From an uncultured Candidatus Actinomarina sp. (GTDB lineage Bacteria > Actinomycetota > Acidimicrobiia > Actinomarinales > Actinomarinaceae), in NCBI GenBank assembly GCA_902566515.1, contig CACFIX010000005.1, positions 318 through 64,317 of the forward strand: DNA of 64,000 nt. Reading direction: 5' to 3'. Below, one piece after another: positions 18,186 to 28,345 of this stretch; positions within the stretch are counted from its first letter, which is position 1, and each line of letters opens with the position of its first letter. Under the pieces are notes generated by a model. That model made no database searches and had not been told where the DNA came from. It saw only the letters and a list, made by a program, of their open reading frames with translations. A program made the translations under genes and the position numbers.

Positions 18186-20186
18186 TTAGACTTCTACTTC
18201 TCCAAGTATCTCTATTGTGTCCCCTTCTTTAATATCTTTGAAATCGGATAAACCGATACCACATTCAAGACCTTCGTTAACAACTTCTACATTATCTTTA
18301 AATCTTCTAAGTGAAACTATGGTTCCTTCATAAATTACTACACCATCTCTAAGTAAGCGTGCTTTTGAATCAATTTCAACTTTTCCTTCAGAAACTATTG
18401 AACCGGCAACAACCCCTACTTTAGGCGCACGGAAGGTAGTTTTTACTTCAACCATTCCGATAATTGCTTCTTCAGTTTTTATAGTCATTTGGCCAAGTAC
18501 TGCTTCAGCGATATCGTCTAACAATTCATAAATGATATTGTATGTTCTTACGTCTATTCCCTTACTTTGAGCCATATTTCTAGCCTGACTATCAGGTCTT
18601 ACATTAAAACCAATAATTAAAGATTCTGTAGCACTAGCTAGATCTACATCGGATAAAACAATTCCCCCTACAGCTGAATGAACAACTTGGATATTTACAT
18701 CATCAGTTGCTAACTTGTTAATACCATCTTTAATAGCTTCAACTGAACCATTAGTGTCAGCTTTCAATATTATATTTACTGTATTTAACTCGCCTTCCTG
18801 TAAAAGTTTCATCATATCGCTAACTCGATTCTCAACTGAAAATGATGAGTTGTCATGTTCTTTTAATTTAGTTTTGTTTTCTTCAGCTTTTGCCTTGGCA
18901 TCTTTTTGATTTTTAACAGCAACAAATTGGTCGCCAGCAGTTGGTGATTCATCCCATCCTATAATATCTATCGGAGATCCCGGCTCTATAGACTTTACTG
19001 TTTTATTATTGTAATCAAACATTGACTTAACTCTACAAAATGCCTGACCAGCATAAAGAAAATCTCCCTGTTTTAGAGTACCTCTTGTGACTATGACTGT
19101 AGCTACATTTCCTCTACCAACTTCCATTCGTGATTCAACAATATACCCTGAAGCATTTGTATTAAAATTTGCTTTTAGTTCTTCTATTTCTGCTACAAGA
19201 GCAAGTGTTTCAAGCAGGTCATTAACTCCATCGCCTTTAAGTGCAGATACTTCAACTACAGGTGTGTCTCCACCTAAATCTTCAGAAATTACTTCATATT
19301 TTGTGAGCTCAGCTTTAATCATAGACGGATTGGCCTCAGGTAAGTCACACTTATTTATGGCAACAACTATTGGTACGTTTGCAGCTTTTGAGTGGTTGAT
19401 TGCTTCAATTGTTTGTGGCATTACTCCATCATCTGCTGCAACAACCAAGACAACTATATCCGTAACGTTTGCTCCTCTAGCTCTCATTTGTGTAAATGCC
19501 TCGTGACCAGGTGTATCAATAAAAGTTATTCCTGATTCTCCTACATCTACTTTGTAAGCACCTACGTGCTGAGTAATACCTCCTGCTTCACCTTCTGCAA
19601 CTTTTTCATTTCTTATAAAATCCAATAAGCTAGTTTTTCCATGGTCAACATGACCCATAACAGTAATTATTGGTGCCCTTAATTTTAATTTATCTGGTTC
19701 ATCTTCAAATTCTTGAAATTCTATAATATCTTCTCTTGAGATTGTTATTTCATCAATTAAATCAGGAATAAGATTGTATTTTTCAAAAAGCTTTTCTATA
19801 TCGTTATCTTCTAATGGTGTATCAATGGCTTTCATAATTCCTAATCCCATCAAATCACCGACAATTTGTGTAGCATCAACATCTATGAGAGAACTGATTT
19901 TCTCTGGGGATGAATTCCTAGAAATCTCAATAATTTGAACATCATCTTCTTCAACTTCTGCTCTTGGCGTATCCTGAATTGTATCTTCTTGTTTTTGGAC
20001 AACTTCTGACTCAGACTCAGGTTCATCTTCAGGTAATAAAGATAGCTTGAGTAATTCTTCTTCTTCCTCAGTTAAACCAGATGATGCTGTTTTAACTTCA
20101 AAACCTAACTCTTTTGCATGAAAAAGTACGTCAGCTGAAGCAATATCCAACTCCTTGGCGATTTGATGAATTCGCTTTTTTGCCAT
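18186..20186 (-). CDS. infB: Translation initiation factor IF-2
   Basis: 666 aa. 'MGHVDHGKTSLLD', 'DTPGHEAF' and 'NKCD'. Confidence 0.97.
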   Translation of the reverse strand: MAKKRIHQIAKELDIASADVLFHAKELGFEVKTASSGLTEEEEELLKLSLLPEDEPESESEVVQKQEDTIQDTPRAEVEEDDVQIIEISRNSSPEKISSLIDVDATQIVGDLMGLGIMKAIDTPLEDNDIEKLFEKYNLIPDLIDEITISREDIIEFQEFEDEPDKLKLRAPIITVMGHVDHGKTSLLDFIRNEKVAEGEAGGITQHVGAYKVDVGESGITFIDTPGHEAFTQMRARGANVTDIVVLVVAADDGVMPQTIEAINHSKAANVPIVVAINKCDLPEANPSMIKAELTKYEVISEDLGGDTPVVEVSALKGDGVNDLLETLALVAEIEELKANFNTNASGYIVESRMEVGRGNVATVIVTRGTLKQGDFLYAGQAFCRVKSMFDYNNKTVKSIEPGSPIDIIGWDESPTAGDQFVAVKNQKDAKAKAEENKTKLKEHDNSSFSVENRVSDMMKLLQEGELNTVNIILKADTNGSVEAIKDGINKLATDDVNIQVVHSAVGGIVLSDVDLASATESLIIGFNVRPDSQARNMAQSKGIDVRTYNIIYELLDDIAEAVLGQMTIKTEEAIIGMVEVKTTFRAPKVGVVAGSIVSEGKVEIDSKARLLRDGVVIYEGTIVSLRRFKDNVEVVNEGLECGIGLSDFKDIKEGDTIEILGEVEV

Positions 20187-21218
20187 TTACTCTTCCTCGT
20201 TTTTAGCTTCTTCTGTTTCCTCTATGTCTTGTTGGGGTGAATCTCCTAAGCCTTCTATGTCAATTTTATAACCAGTTAATTTTGCAGCTAATCTTGCATT
20301 CTGGCCCTCTTTACCAATAGCAAGTGAAAGTTGACTGTCTTTAACGACAACTCTTGCTGACTTTAAATCTTCATCAATTTCAACTTCATCAATATCTGCT
20401 GGACCTAATGCTTCTTTTATAAATCGAACTTTATCTTCTCTCCATTCAACAACATCAAGTTTTTCACCTCTTAACTCGTTTACAATTTGTCTAACTCTAT
20501 TACCTCTTGATCCCACACAAGCTCCTTTAGGATCAACATTTGGATCATTGGAAAATACAGCGATTTTTGTTCGACTACCTGGCTCTCTAGCAATTGCTCT
20601 TAATTCAACTGTTCCATCTGTCAATTCAGGAACTTCCAGTTCAAGCATTCTTTGTACAAATTCTGCTCTACTCCTGCTAACAATGATTGGTACTCCTTTA
20701 GCATCTTCTCTTACCTCTGTTATCAGTGCTTTGATCCTATTGCCTCTTTCAAGTCTCTCGAAGGGGACCCTTTCACCAGCAGGTATTACTGCTTCAGCAT
20801 CTTGTAGATCGAGTATTGTTTGATTAAATCTTGGATCAAATTGGGTTACTATACCGGTTACAAGTTCTCCTTCTCTTCCAATATAAGCATCAAGAACTGT
20901 AGCTCGTTTTGCATCTCTAATTTTTGTTGTCATCATTTGTTTAAAGGATTGTGCAGCAATTCTCCCAAACTCGTCTTCATCTAACTCAACTTTCCACTCT
21001 TCAATGACATTTCCTTCATTATCTAATTCTTGTGCATATATAAGAACTTCTCCTGAATCTGGATTTAATGTAACTCGAGCTTCTTCAGCAGCTCCAGGTA
21101 TTCTCATATAAGCTGACCTAAATGCTGACACTAATGCTTCATACATGCTTTCAACAGCTACACCTTTTTCTAGTGCTAATGCCTCTATTGCTTGTTTGCT
21201 CTCATTACCTAATTTCAT
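20187..21218 (-). CDS. nusA: Transcription termination/antitermination factor NusA
   Basis: 343 aa. S1 plus two KH domains ('GACVGSRGNRV', 'LAIGKEGQNARLA'). Confidence 0.97.
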   Translation of the reverse strand: MKLGNESKQAIEALALEKGVAVESMYEALVSAFRSAYMRIPGAAEEARVTLNPDSGEVLIYAQELDNEGNVIEEWKVELDEDEFGRIAAQSFKQMMTTKIRDAKRATVLDAYIGREGELVTGIVTQFDPRFNQTILDLQDAEAVIPAGERVPFERLERGNRIKALITEVREDAKGVPIIVSRSRAEFVQRMLELEVPELTDGTVELRAIAREPGSRTKIAVFSNDPNVDPKGACVGSRGNRVRQIVNELRGEKLDVVEWREDKVRFIKEALGPADIDEVEIDEDLKSARVVVKDSQLSLAIGKEGQNARLAAKLTGYKIDIEGLGDSPQQDIEETEEAKNEEE

Positions 21219-21220
21219 TT

Positions 21221-21694
21221 TTATCCTTTTACTTTTTCTTTAAATTGCTTAAATTCAATTTTTGCACTTTTAATATTTGAAAAATTAATTACTACCTCTA
21301 CTGAGTTAATAACTAATTTAATATCTTGTTCGCCAGCCGATTCTATATAACCTTCCAATACATATTCACCTTCTATAGGTTCAAATAATTTAATTTTTAC
21401 TAACTCACCCAGAGCTAACTCAAAATGCCTGTTTGTTTTTAGTTTTCTTTCAATTCCTGGACTTGAAACAATCATTTCATATGAACCTTTTTCAATACCC
21501 ATATTTTCGAGAAGTCTTTGAAATTGTTTATTTAATCTTGAAGTTAAATCTATGTCAATATCATTATCACTAACTATATAAACTTCAACTCTTGAAATAG
21601 AGGGATAATCTACAATATTTGTGTCGTAAAGTTCAAGATTTTCTTCACTTAGATATAAATCGAAAGCCTCTAAGATTTCTTTTTCAGAAACCAT
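21221..21694 (-). CDS. rimP: Ribosome maturation factor RimP
   Basis: It sits in the conserved position upstream of nusA. 'VSSPGIERKL'. I place the start at the second Met, which is preceded by GGAGG. The longest ORF starts at 21706. Confidence 0.85.
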   Translation of the reverse strand: MVSEKEILEAFDLYLSEENLELYDTNIVDYPSISRVEVYIVSDNDIDIDLTSRLNKQFQRLLENMGIEKGSYEMIVSSPGIERKLKTNRHFELALGELVKIKLFEPIEGEYVLEGYIESAGEQDIKLVINSVEVVINFSNIKSAKIEFKQFKEKVKG

Positions 21695-21710
21695 ATAAAC
21701 CTCCATTCAT

Positions 21711-21735
21711 AAAAAAAGTGGGCTTGAAACCCACT
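21711..21735 (-). terminator. Intrinsic terminator after proS, in the rimP-nusA leader
   Basis: The minus-strand RNA is AGUGGG-UUUCAAG-CCCACU followed by UUUUUUU. This is a GC-rich stem in an AT-rich spacer. Confidence 0.65.
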
Positions 21736-21797
21736 ATACATAGTTAAATTGTCTCTAAATAATATTAACAAACATTGGAGTTTATTTAAAGCCTTTT

Positions 21798-23228
21798 TTA
21801 ATATGCTTTTGAAAAAATTGCCTTTTTACCCTCAACAGACTCATTGTTTACAGCTTTTGCAGAATCACCATTTTCCATGAGATAACATCTGAGTGTAGCT
21901 TTGGTTAAATCTTTAATCTCAATCTCATCAGAAGTATTTTCGTCCCAATAACATGTAACGAAACCTGGAGTTGAATTCAAAGTATCAATTAGTTCAGCTT
22001 TATTGTCTACATGGATTGTATTATCTTTTCTAAAATTCTTTGAAGTCTCTAGTAGGTTAGATTGGATACCGTCTAAATTATCTTTTAATTTCTGAGAAAC
22101 TTCATTTATTGAAATAGAGTTCTTGCCATCAACACCATCTCTTCTCGAGAAAACTACAGAATTCTTTTCTATATCTTTAGGCCCTATTTCAATTCTTAAT
22201 GGTACTCCTTTTAATTCCCACTCATTGAACTTAAAACCTGGTGAAATATTATCTCTATCATCAATTTTTATTCGATAACTTAAACGCAATTCTTCGTGTA
22301 ATTTATTTACAGTTTCTAACACAACTGATTTGCTATCTTCATTAGGAATTATTGGAATAAGGACTGATTGAGTAGGTGCTAATTTAGGTGGGAGTTGCAA
22401 ACCTTTATCATCACCATGAGCCATAATAATCATTCCTATTAATCGAGTACTAACACCCCAGCTCGTTTGAAATGGATGTTGTAACTCATTTTTTTCATCA
22501 GAATATTGAATTTCAAAAGCCTTTGAAAAATTCTGTCCTAACTCATGTGATGTACCTGCTTGCAATGCTTTCTTATCTTTCATCATTGCTTCGATCGAAT
22601 AAGTAGTAGTTGCACCAGCAAATCTTTCATTAGCAGACTTAATACCTTTAACAACAGAAACGCCGGCTGCATTTTCTGCAAATTCAGCATATATATCTAA
22701 CATTTGCAATGCTTCAATTGTTGCTTCTTCTTGAGTTTTGTGTGCAGTATGACCCTCTTGCCAAAGAAACTCTGAAGTTCTTAGGAATAATCTTGTTCTC
22801 ATTTCCCATCTAACAACATTTGCCCACTGGTTAATTAACATTGGTAAATCTCTATGGCTTTTAATCCATTTTGCAAACATATGATTAATAATTGTCTCAG
22901 ATGTTGGTCTTACGACTAATGGCTCTTCAAGCTCTTTTCCGCCAGCATGTGTTACAGTAGCTAATTCAGGAGAAAAACCTTCAACATGCTCAGCTTCTTT
23001 TTGAATAAATGAGTTAGGAATAAAAAGTGGGAAATATGCATTTTCATGACCTGTTTCTTTAAATTTTTTATCCAAGTATGATTGAACACCTTCCCAAAGC
23101 GAGTAACCATATGGTCTTATTACCATCGTTCCTTTTACAGGAGAATAGTCAGCCAATTGTGCTTGTTGAATTATATCAGTGTACCACTCGTTGAAGTCTT
23201 CCGACATAGGTGTAATTTTTTCAACCAT
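21798..23228 (-). CDS. proS: Prolyl-tRNA synthetase, short archaeal/eukaryote-like type
   Basis: 476 aa with no INS editing domain. It has class II motifs and a conserved C-terminal Tyr ('...FSKAY'). Confidence 0.93.
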   Translation of the reverse strand: MVEKITPMSEDFNEWYTDIIQQAQLADYSPVKGTMVIRPYGYSLWEGVQSYLDKKFKETGHENAYFPLFIPNSFIQKEAEHVEGFSPELATVTHAGGKELEEPLVVRPTSETIINHMFAKWIKSHRDLPMLINQWANVVRWEMRTRLFLRTSEFLWQEGHTAHKTQEEATIEALQMLDIYAEFAENAAGVSVVKGIKSANERFAGATTTYSIEAMMKDKKALQAGTSHELGQNFSKAFEIQYSDEKNELQHPFQTSWGVSTRLIGMIIMAHGDDKGLQLPPKLAPTQSVLIPIIPNEDSKSVVLETVNKLHEELRLSYRIKIDDRDNISPGFKFNEWELKGVPLRIEIGPKDIEKNSVVFSRRDGVDGKNSISINEVSQKLKDNLDGIQSNLLETSKNFRKDNTIHVDNKAELIDTLNSTPGFVTCYWDENTSDEIEIKDLTKATLRCYLMENGDSAKAVNNESVEGKKAIFSKAY

Positions 23229-23246
23229 GACTATATATTAAAGGTT

Positions 23247-24470
23247 TTAATTTTCAATATCAGTATTTGAAGATATCTCCACGACTGATTTTTTTCTTTC
23301 CAAAAAATTGTTAATATCTCCCTGAGAATTTATAAGGTCATTTGCATCTTTACGTGCGATTTCTGCAGCATTTTTATCTGCAGCAGCTAGTCTTGCATCT
23401 ATCCCTTGTTCAACAATTAATTTTGCCTCTGATAGCAAAGCATCGACCATTTCTTTTTCATTAACAACTCTTACTACTTCGCCTTTTATGAATAAGTGTC
23501 CTTTATTTTTGCCAGCCGCGATACCTAAGTCTGCAGATCTAGCTTCACCAGGACCATTCACAACACAGCCCATAACAGCAACTTGTAATGGAATGCTTTC
23601 ATTATTTAATGCATCTTGAGCCTCTTCAGCGACTTTAATTACATCAACCTCTGCTCTTCCGCAACTTGGGCAAGCAACTAAATCTAAAGAGTTTCTTTCT
23701 CTAAGACCTAAATACTCCAATAAAGCTCTTCCACTTTTTGCTTCTTCAACTGGATCAGTTGTCAAAGAGTAACGGATTGTATCTCCAATACCTTCACTTA
23801 ATAACGTTCCAATTCCTGCAGTTGACTTAATTAATCCACCAGGTAGTGGTCCTGCTTCTGTTACGCCAAGATGCAGAGGGTAATCTACTTTATCAGCTAA
23901 AAGCCTGTATGATTCAATCATTAAAGGTACGTTCGAATGTTTAACTGAAATTTTTATGTCATAAAAATCAACATCTTCTAAATACTTTAATTCTTTTAGA
24001 GCAGATTCAACTAAAGCTTCTGGTGTAGCATCACCATATTTCTCGAGTAAATCTTTATCAAGAGAACCACCATTAACACCAATTCTAATAGGTATGTTTG
24101 CTGACAAAGCTTCTTTAGCCACTTCCTTAATCTGTTGTTCTTTTCTTATATTTCCAGGGTTAAGTCTTAAGCCATTCACACCAGCATCAATAGCTGCAAG
24201 TGCTAATTTGTATTGAAAGTGTACATCAGCAACTATTGGAACCGGGCTTCTTTGTGTGATTTCAACCAAGCCTGTAGCAGCTTCAACTTCATTACATGTT
24301 ACTCTTACGATATCTGCACCATTAGTAGCAAGTTCGTAAATCTGTGAAAGCGTAGATTCAACATCTTTAGTTTTTGTTGTAGTCATAGATTGAACAGATA
24401 TAGGAAAATCTGATCCAATTCCAACTTTACCTATTTGAATTTGTCGTGTTTTTCTTCTATTAAATTTCAT
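23247..24470 (-). CDS. ispG: 4-hydroxy-3-methylbut-2-enyl diphosphate synthase
   Basis: 407 aa. 'RVTCNEVEAA', 'LRLNPGNI' and 'ACPSCGR'. Confidence 0.95.
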   Translation of the reverse strand: MKFNRRKTRQIQIGKVGIGSDFPISVQSMTTTKTKDVESTLSQIYELATNGADIVRVTCNEVEAATGLVEITQRSPVPIVADVHFQYKLALAAIDAGVNGLRLNPGNIRKEQQIKEVAKEALSANIPIRIGVNGGSLDKDLLEKYGDATPEALVESALKELKYLEDVDFYDIKISVKHSNVPLMIESYRLLADKVDYPLHLGVTEAGPLPGGLIKSTAGIGTLLSEGIGDTIRYSLTTDPVEEAKSGRALLEYLGLRERNSLDLVACPSCGRAEVDVIKVAEEAQDALNNESIPLQVAVMGCVVNGPGEARSADLGIAAGKNKGHLFIKGEVVRVVNEKEMVDALLSEAKLIVEQGIDARLAAADKNAAEIARKDANDLINSQGDINNFLERKKSVVEISSNTDIEN

Positions 24471-25570
24471 AATTTTATTGGCTGCGTAATATCAAGGTAA
24501 AATGCTGTTATTCCTAAGAATACAAAGATAAAAATTACAAGAGCAGCGATTGGATATAATTTTTTATCTTCTACTTTTTTACCTGTAATTCCTTCGTACA
24601 AAGCTAAAACAATTCTTCCACCATCTAATGGAACAAGCGGTATCGAATTAAAAACAGCTAAGAAAATATTAACAAAAGCAAGTAAGCTAAATAAATTTAC
24701 ATATCCTCCCTCAGCTATTTGGTTTCCAGCTTGTGCTAAACCAATTGGACTCAACGGTCTTACTTCATCAGGTACATCTTCACCTGTATAAGTACCAAGT
24801 AGAGCTTCAAGAGTAGATGGGTTGAATAATGTAAAAATTCCTTCAATAGCTGCTTTAGTCATGTCAATTTCTATAAGAGTTGTTGCCGGTATAGCTTGTA
24901 GTAAACCAAGAGTTTGTCTTTCTAGTACAGGTGAGACCCCTAAATAACCAGAAAGTTCATTGTTTAAGAGTCTTGACTCTAATGTAGTTGTAGTTAAGTA
25001 CATTTGGGAATTTCGAATATATCCTATTGATACATTTTTATCAGGATTAACTTCAATAATTGAAACTAGCTCTTCCCAACTCTGTACCTCTGAACCGTTA
25101 AATGAATAAATTATATCTCCGGGTATCAAACCTGCTTTTTTTGATGGAGCATCATCATTTGGATTGCTTAGTGATTCACCAATTGTAGCAACCTCTAGCG
25201 TTGGTTGATCTATTCCATAAAAAGTAAATATAGAAAATAAGATTATCCATGCTAGAAAAAAATTGACCAAAATTCCTGAAGATGCAATGTATAATTTTTT
25301 AGTCCAGGACGCAGTATGAAATAATTGATCACTTTTATAGTCTGTTACCGGTTCGTTTTCATCCATGCCTGGAATCTTTACATAACCACCAAGCAAAATA
25401 GCTTTCAATCCATACTCAGTATTATTTCTCTTAAAAGAAAATATCTTTGGTCCAAAACCAACAAAAAATTCTGATACTGCAATTTTTGATCTTCTAGCGG
25501 AGATGTAATGACCAAACTCATGAAGTACCACAAACAATGTAAGTAATAAAATAGTTAATACAGCATTCAT
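24467..25570 (-). CDS. rseP: RIP (site-2) zinc metalloprotease RseP/Rip1 family
   Basis: 367 aa. 'HEFGHY', a PDZ segment, and 'NSIPLVPLDGG'. Confidence 0.85.
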   Translation of the reverse strand: MNAVLTILLLTLFVVLHEFGHYISARRSKIAVSEFFVGFGPKIFSFKRNNTEYGLKAILLGGYVKIPGMDENEPVTDYKSDQLFHTASWTKKLYIASSGILVNFFLAWIILFSIFTFYGIDQPTLEVATIGESLSNPNDDAPSKKAGLIPGDIIYSFNGSEVQSWEELVSIIEVNPDKNVSIGYIRNSQMYLTTTTLESRLLNNELSGYLGVSPVLERQTLGLLQAIPATTLIEIDMTKAAIEGIFTLFNPSTLEALLGTYTGEDVPDEVRPLSPIGLAQAGNQIAEGGYVNLFSLLAFVNIFLAVFNSIPLVPLDGGRIVLALYEGITGKKVEDKKLYPIAALVIFIFVFLGITAFYLDITQPIKL

Positions 25571-25586
25571 ATATTAATTATTACAC

Positions 25587-26501
25587 TTATTGGATTAAAT
25601 CTAAAAAATGTACGAATAGAACAAGAATTGGAAAACTTAATAATTGTGAATCAATTCTGTCTAATACACCACCATGACCAGGCAACAAAGTGCTTGTATC
25701 TTTAAGTTCAATAGATCGTTTAATTTTTGATTCGAATAAATCACCTAAAGTTCCAAATAACACAAATAAAATAGAAATTAAAATTTTTTGTGTAAAGGAA
25801 AGAGTTAAAAAATAATTTAAAACAAAGAATACAAAGATAGACCCAAAAAATAATCCAGCTGCAAAGCCTTCTACTGTTTTATTAGGTGATATGTTTTCTG
25901 AAAGTTTCCTTTTTCCATATCTTCGACCAAACTCATAAGCAGCAACATCATTAATTGATATTGAAATTAATAAAAGAAAAGTAAATAATGGCCCAAAATT
26001 ATTTAAAAAATAGCCAATAGAAGCTAAGCCCGTTCCAAACCAAACAAGAAATAAAAATGAGCTGCCAAATTTATCATAGACTCCATAATTAACAAAAGTT
26101 CCTGTGTAAACAATGACACCTATAGGAAAAATTAAATATGGAATGTGAAAATTGTTTAAACCAAAAAAATATACTACAAACAAAGGAGCGAGAGCTGCAT
26201 AAAGTAGCAACGGATAAGGAACAATTATTTCATATTCAAACATATCAAACCATTCTTTAGTAGCTAGAAGACCAACGATAACTAACAAAATTAATGCTGA
26301 AGTTTTATTAATAAACATTACAGCAACAAGAATTATCAAAGCTAAACCAGTTACAACTCTTGGATTCGATGAGAAAAATGAAGATTCTTGGTTTGTATTT
26401 ATCTCTGATGAGTCATTTTCATCAGGAAGTTCAATGTACCCAGGCCAAAACGTTCCATCATTATCTGATTGATATAATTTTTTATACCTCAAGTAATTCA
26501 T
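25587..26501 (-). CDS. cdsA: Phosphatidate cytidylyltransferase
   Basis: 304 aa, polytopic. 'SKIKRSIELKDTSTLLPGHGGVLDRIDS'. Confidence 0.88.
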   Translation of the reverse strand: MNYLRYKKLYQSDNDGTFWPGYIELPDENDSSEINTNQESSFFSSNPRVVTGLALIILVAVMFINKTSALILLVIVGLLATKEWFDMFEYEIIVPYPLLLYAALAPLFVVYFFGLNNFHIPYLIFPIGVIVYTGTFVNYGVYDKFGSSFLFLVWFGTGLASIGYFLNNFGPLFTFLLLISISINDVAAYEFGRRYGKRKLSENISPNKTVEGFAAGLFFGSIFVFFVLNYFLTLSFTQKILISILFVLFGTLGDLFESKIKRSIELKDTSTLLPGHGGVLDRIDSQLLSFPILVLFVHFLDLIQ

Positions 26502-27033
26502 TTTGTTTCACCAAAAGTAATTCATCAATTTTATTTACATATTTATCAGTTAACTCTTGTACTTTTGATTCCATTCTTTTTATCTCATCAGCAGAGTTTT
26601 CATCTTTTAATTTGGAAATTTCATCAATACCAAATCTTCTGTGTGATCGAATTGAAACTTTTGCATCTTCTGATGATTTAGAAGCTACTTTACCAAGTTC
26701 TTTTCTTCTTTCTTCTGATAAAGGTGGTATGGGTATACGAATTACTTCTCCATCATTTGATGGATTTAATCCAATATCTGCATTTAAAACGGATTTTTCT
26801 ATTTCTTCTAAAGCTGTTTTATCAAAAGGTTGTATAACTAATAACTTTGGATCTGGTACTGATATTGTTGCTAGCTGCTGAAGTGGTGTCTTAGTTCCAT
26901 AGTATTCTACATTTAATTTATCCACTAGTGATGGATTTGCTCTACCGGTTCTAATCGTTGAAAATTCATCTACCAAGTGATTTAGTGAATTAATCATCTT
27001 TTGCTCAATATCTTTTATAAGTATTTCACTCAT
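26482..27033 (-). CDS. frr: Ribosome recycling factor
   Basis: 183 aa. 'RTGRANPSLVD' and 'PPLSEERRKEL'. Confidence 0.95.
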   Translation of the reverse strand: MSEILIKDIEQKMINSLNHLVDEFSTIRTGRANPSLVDKLNVEYYGTKTPLQQLATISVPDPKLLVIQPFDKTALEEIEKSVLNADIGLNPSNDGEVIRIPIPPLSEERRKELGKVASKSSEDAKVSIRSHRRFGIDEISKLKDENSADEIKRMESKVQELTDKYVNKIDELLLVKQNELLEV

Positions 27034-27734
27034 TATTTTATTAAAGTTCCAAGTTTCTCACCCGTTAGAGCTTTGTAAATATTTTGCTCTTTAGTACCAT
27101 CGAATACTCTTATAGGCATTTCATTCTCTTCACATAGTGTTATTGCAGTTAAATCCATAACTTTTAATTTGCTTGAAACCACGTCCTTATATGAAATTTC
27201 ATTGAAAAGCTCAGCTTGCTCTTCAACTTCTGGGTCTTTATCGTAAACACCCTCTACTCTGGTTGATTTCAACATTAAATCTGCATCTATTTCTGCTGCT
27301 CGAAGCGAAGCCGCTGTATCAGTTGTAAAATATGGATTACCAGTACCAGCTGCAAAAATCACAACTCTACCTTTTTCAAGATGCCTTATTGCTCGCAGTC
27401 TAATATAAGGTTCTGCAACAGCTGTCATAGTTATAGCAGATTGGACTCGCGTTTGTGTTCCGTTCTTGTCTAAAGCATCTTTTAAAGCAACAGCATTGAT
27501 AACTGTTGCTAACATTCCCATGTAATCTGCATTTGCTTGTGCCATGTTTTTTGCAGATTCTTGTACGCCTCTAAAAAAATTTCCACCGCCTACAACAACA
27601 CCAATTTGTATATTCTCATTATTAGCTGTTGTAATCTCAGAAGCGATTCTATCAATTACCTTTGGTTCAATACCAAAATTAGTGTCAGGATTAGCAAAGG
27701 ATTCTCCAGATAGTTTTAGTAGAACCCTACTCAT
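27033..27734 (-). CDS. pyrH: UMP kinase
   Basis: 233 aa. 'RVLLKLSGE', '[10 protein letters not shown]' and '[13 protein letters not shown]'. Confidence 0.95.
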   Translation of the reverse strand: MSRVLLKLSGESFANPDTNFGIEPKVIDRIASEITTANNENIQIGVVVGGGNFFRGVQESAKNMAQANADYMGMLATVINAVALKDALDKNGTQTRVQSAITMTAVAEPYIRLRAIRHLEKGRVVIFAAGTGNPYFTTDTAASLRAAEIDADLMLKSTRVEGVYDKDPEVEEQAELFNEISYKDVVSSKLKVMDLTAITLCEENEMPIRVFDGTKEQNIYKALTGEKLGTLIK

Positions 27735-27736
27735 TA

Positions 27737-28345
27737 TTAAGTACCAACCTCAATTCTCGAAAATTTCTTAATGTAAATTTTTTCACCTAATTTTCCAGAT
27801 AGCTCTTCAATCATTGTACCAACTTGACCCTCATAAAATTCTGGATTGCAAAATGTTTGTTCATTCAAAACATAATCTTTGTAAAAAGATGAAATTTTAC
27901 CATCAACAATTTTTGTTATAACATCTGCAGGCTTTCCTTCATTTTCAGATTGCTTTTTTATAATTTCTTTTTCTTCTTCAATTCTTTCTGAAGGAACATC
28001 TCCAACATCTAAAAATTCAGGTTTTAGAGCTGCTATATGCATGGCTACTTGCTTAGCAACGTTCTTAAATTCATCTGATTTAGCAACAAAATCTGTTTCA
28101 CAAGCAAGTTCGACCAGTACACCAGCAACAGCTCTATCCTGTTGAAAATGTATATAATCACCGATAGTTCCTTGATTTGCTTCTTTATCTGCTCTTTTTT
28201 TTGAGTCTGCTAAACCTTTTTCTCTAAGATACTTAACAGCATTGTCAAAATCTCCGTTGCTTTCAGACAGAGCTTTTTTGGCATCCATCATTCCTGCACC
28301 AGTCATATCACGTAGTTTTTTTACATCAGCTGCTGAAATTGACAT
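27737..28345 (-). CDS. tsf: Elongation factor Ts (short form)
   Basis: 202 aa. '[19 protein letters not shown]' and '[10 protein letters not shown]'. Confidence 0.92.
   Translation of the reverse strand: MSISAADVKKLRDMTGAGMMDAKKALSESNGDFDNAVKYLREKGLADSKKRADKEANQGTIGDYIHFQQDRAVAGVLVELACETDFVAKSDEFKNVAKQVAMHIAALKPEFLDVGDVPSERIEEEKEIIKKQSENEGKPADVITKIVDGKISSFYKDYVLNEQTFCNPEFYEGQVGTMIEELSGKLGEKIYIKKFSRIEVGT

Noticed and set aside
19087-19506. 139-aa plus-strand ORF inside infB. Similar antisense ORFs occur at 18715..18909, 20548..20823, 12524..12748 and 12869..13123.
   Set aside because: It lies opposite strongly supported housekeeping genes (infB, nusA, pnp). The Ser/Thr/Ala-rich translations are shadow-frame artefacts.
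26360-26881. 173-aa plus-strand ORF spanning the cdsA/frr junction
   Set aside because: It is antisense to two well-supported genes and crosses their boundary. I recognise no domain and see no RBS.
27737-28345. Unusually short EF-Ts (202 aa), and likewise a short IF-2 N-terminus (666 aa)
   Set aside because: Short EF-Ts forms lacking the coiled-coil insertion, and IF-2 proteins with truncated N-terminal regions, are known in other bacteria. Both fit general genome streamlining rather than novelty.
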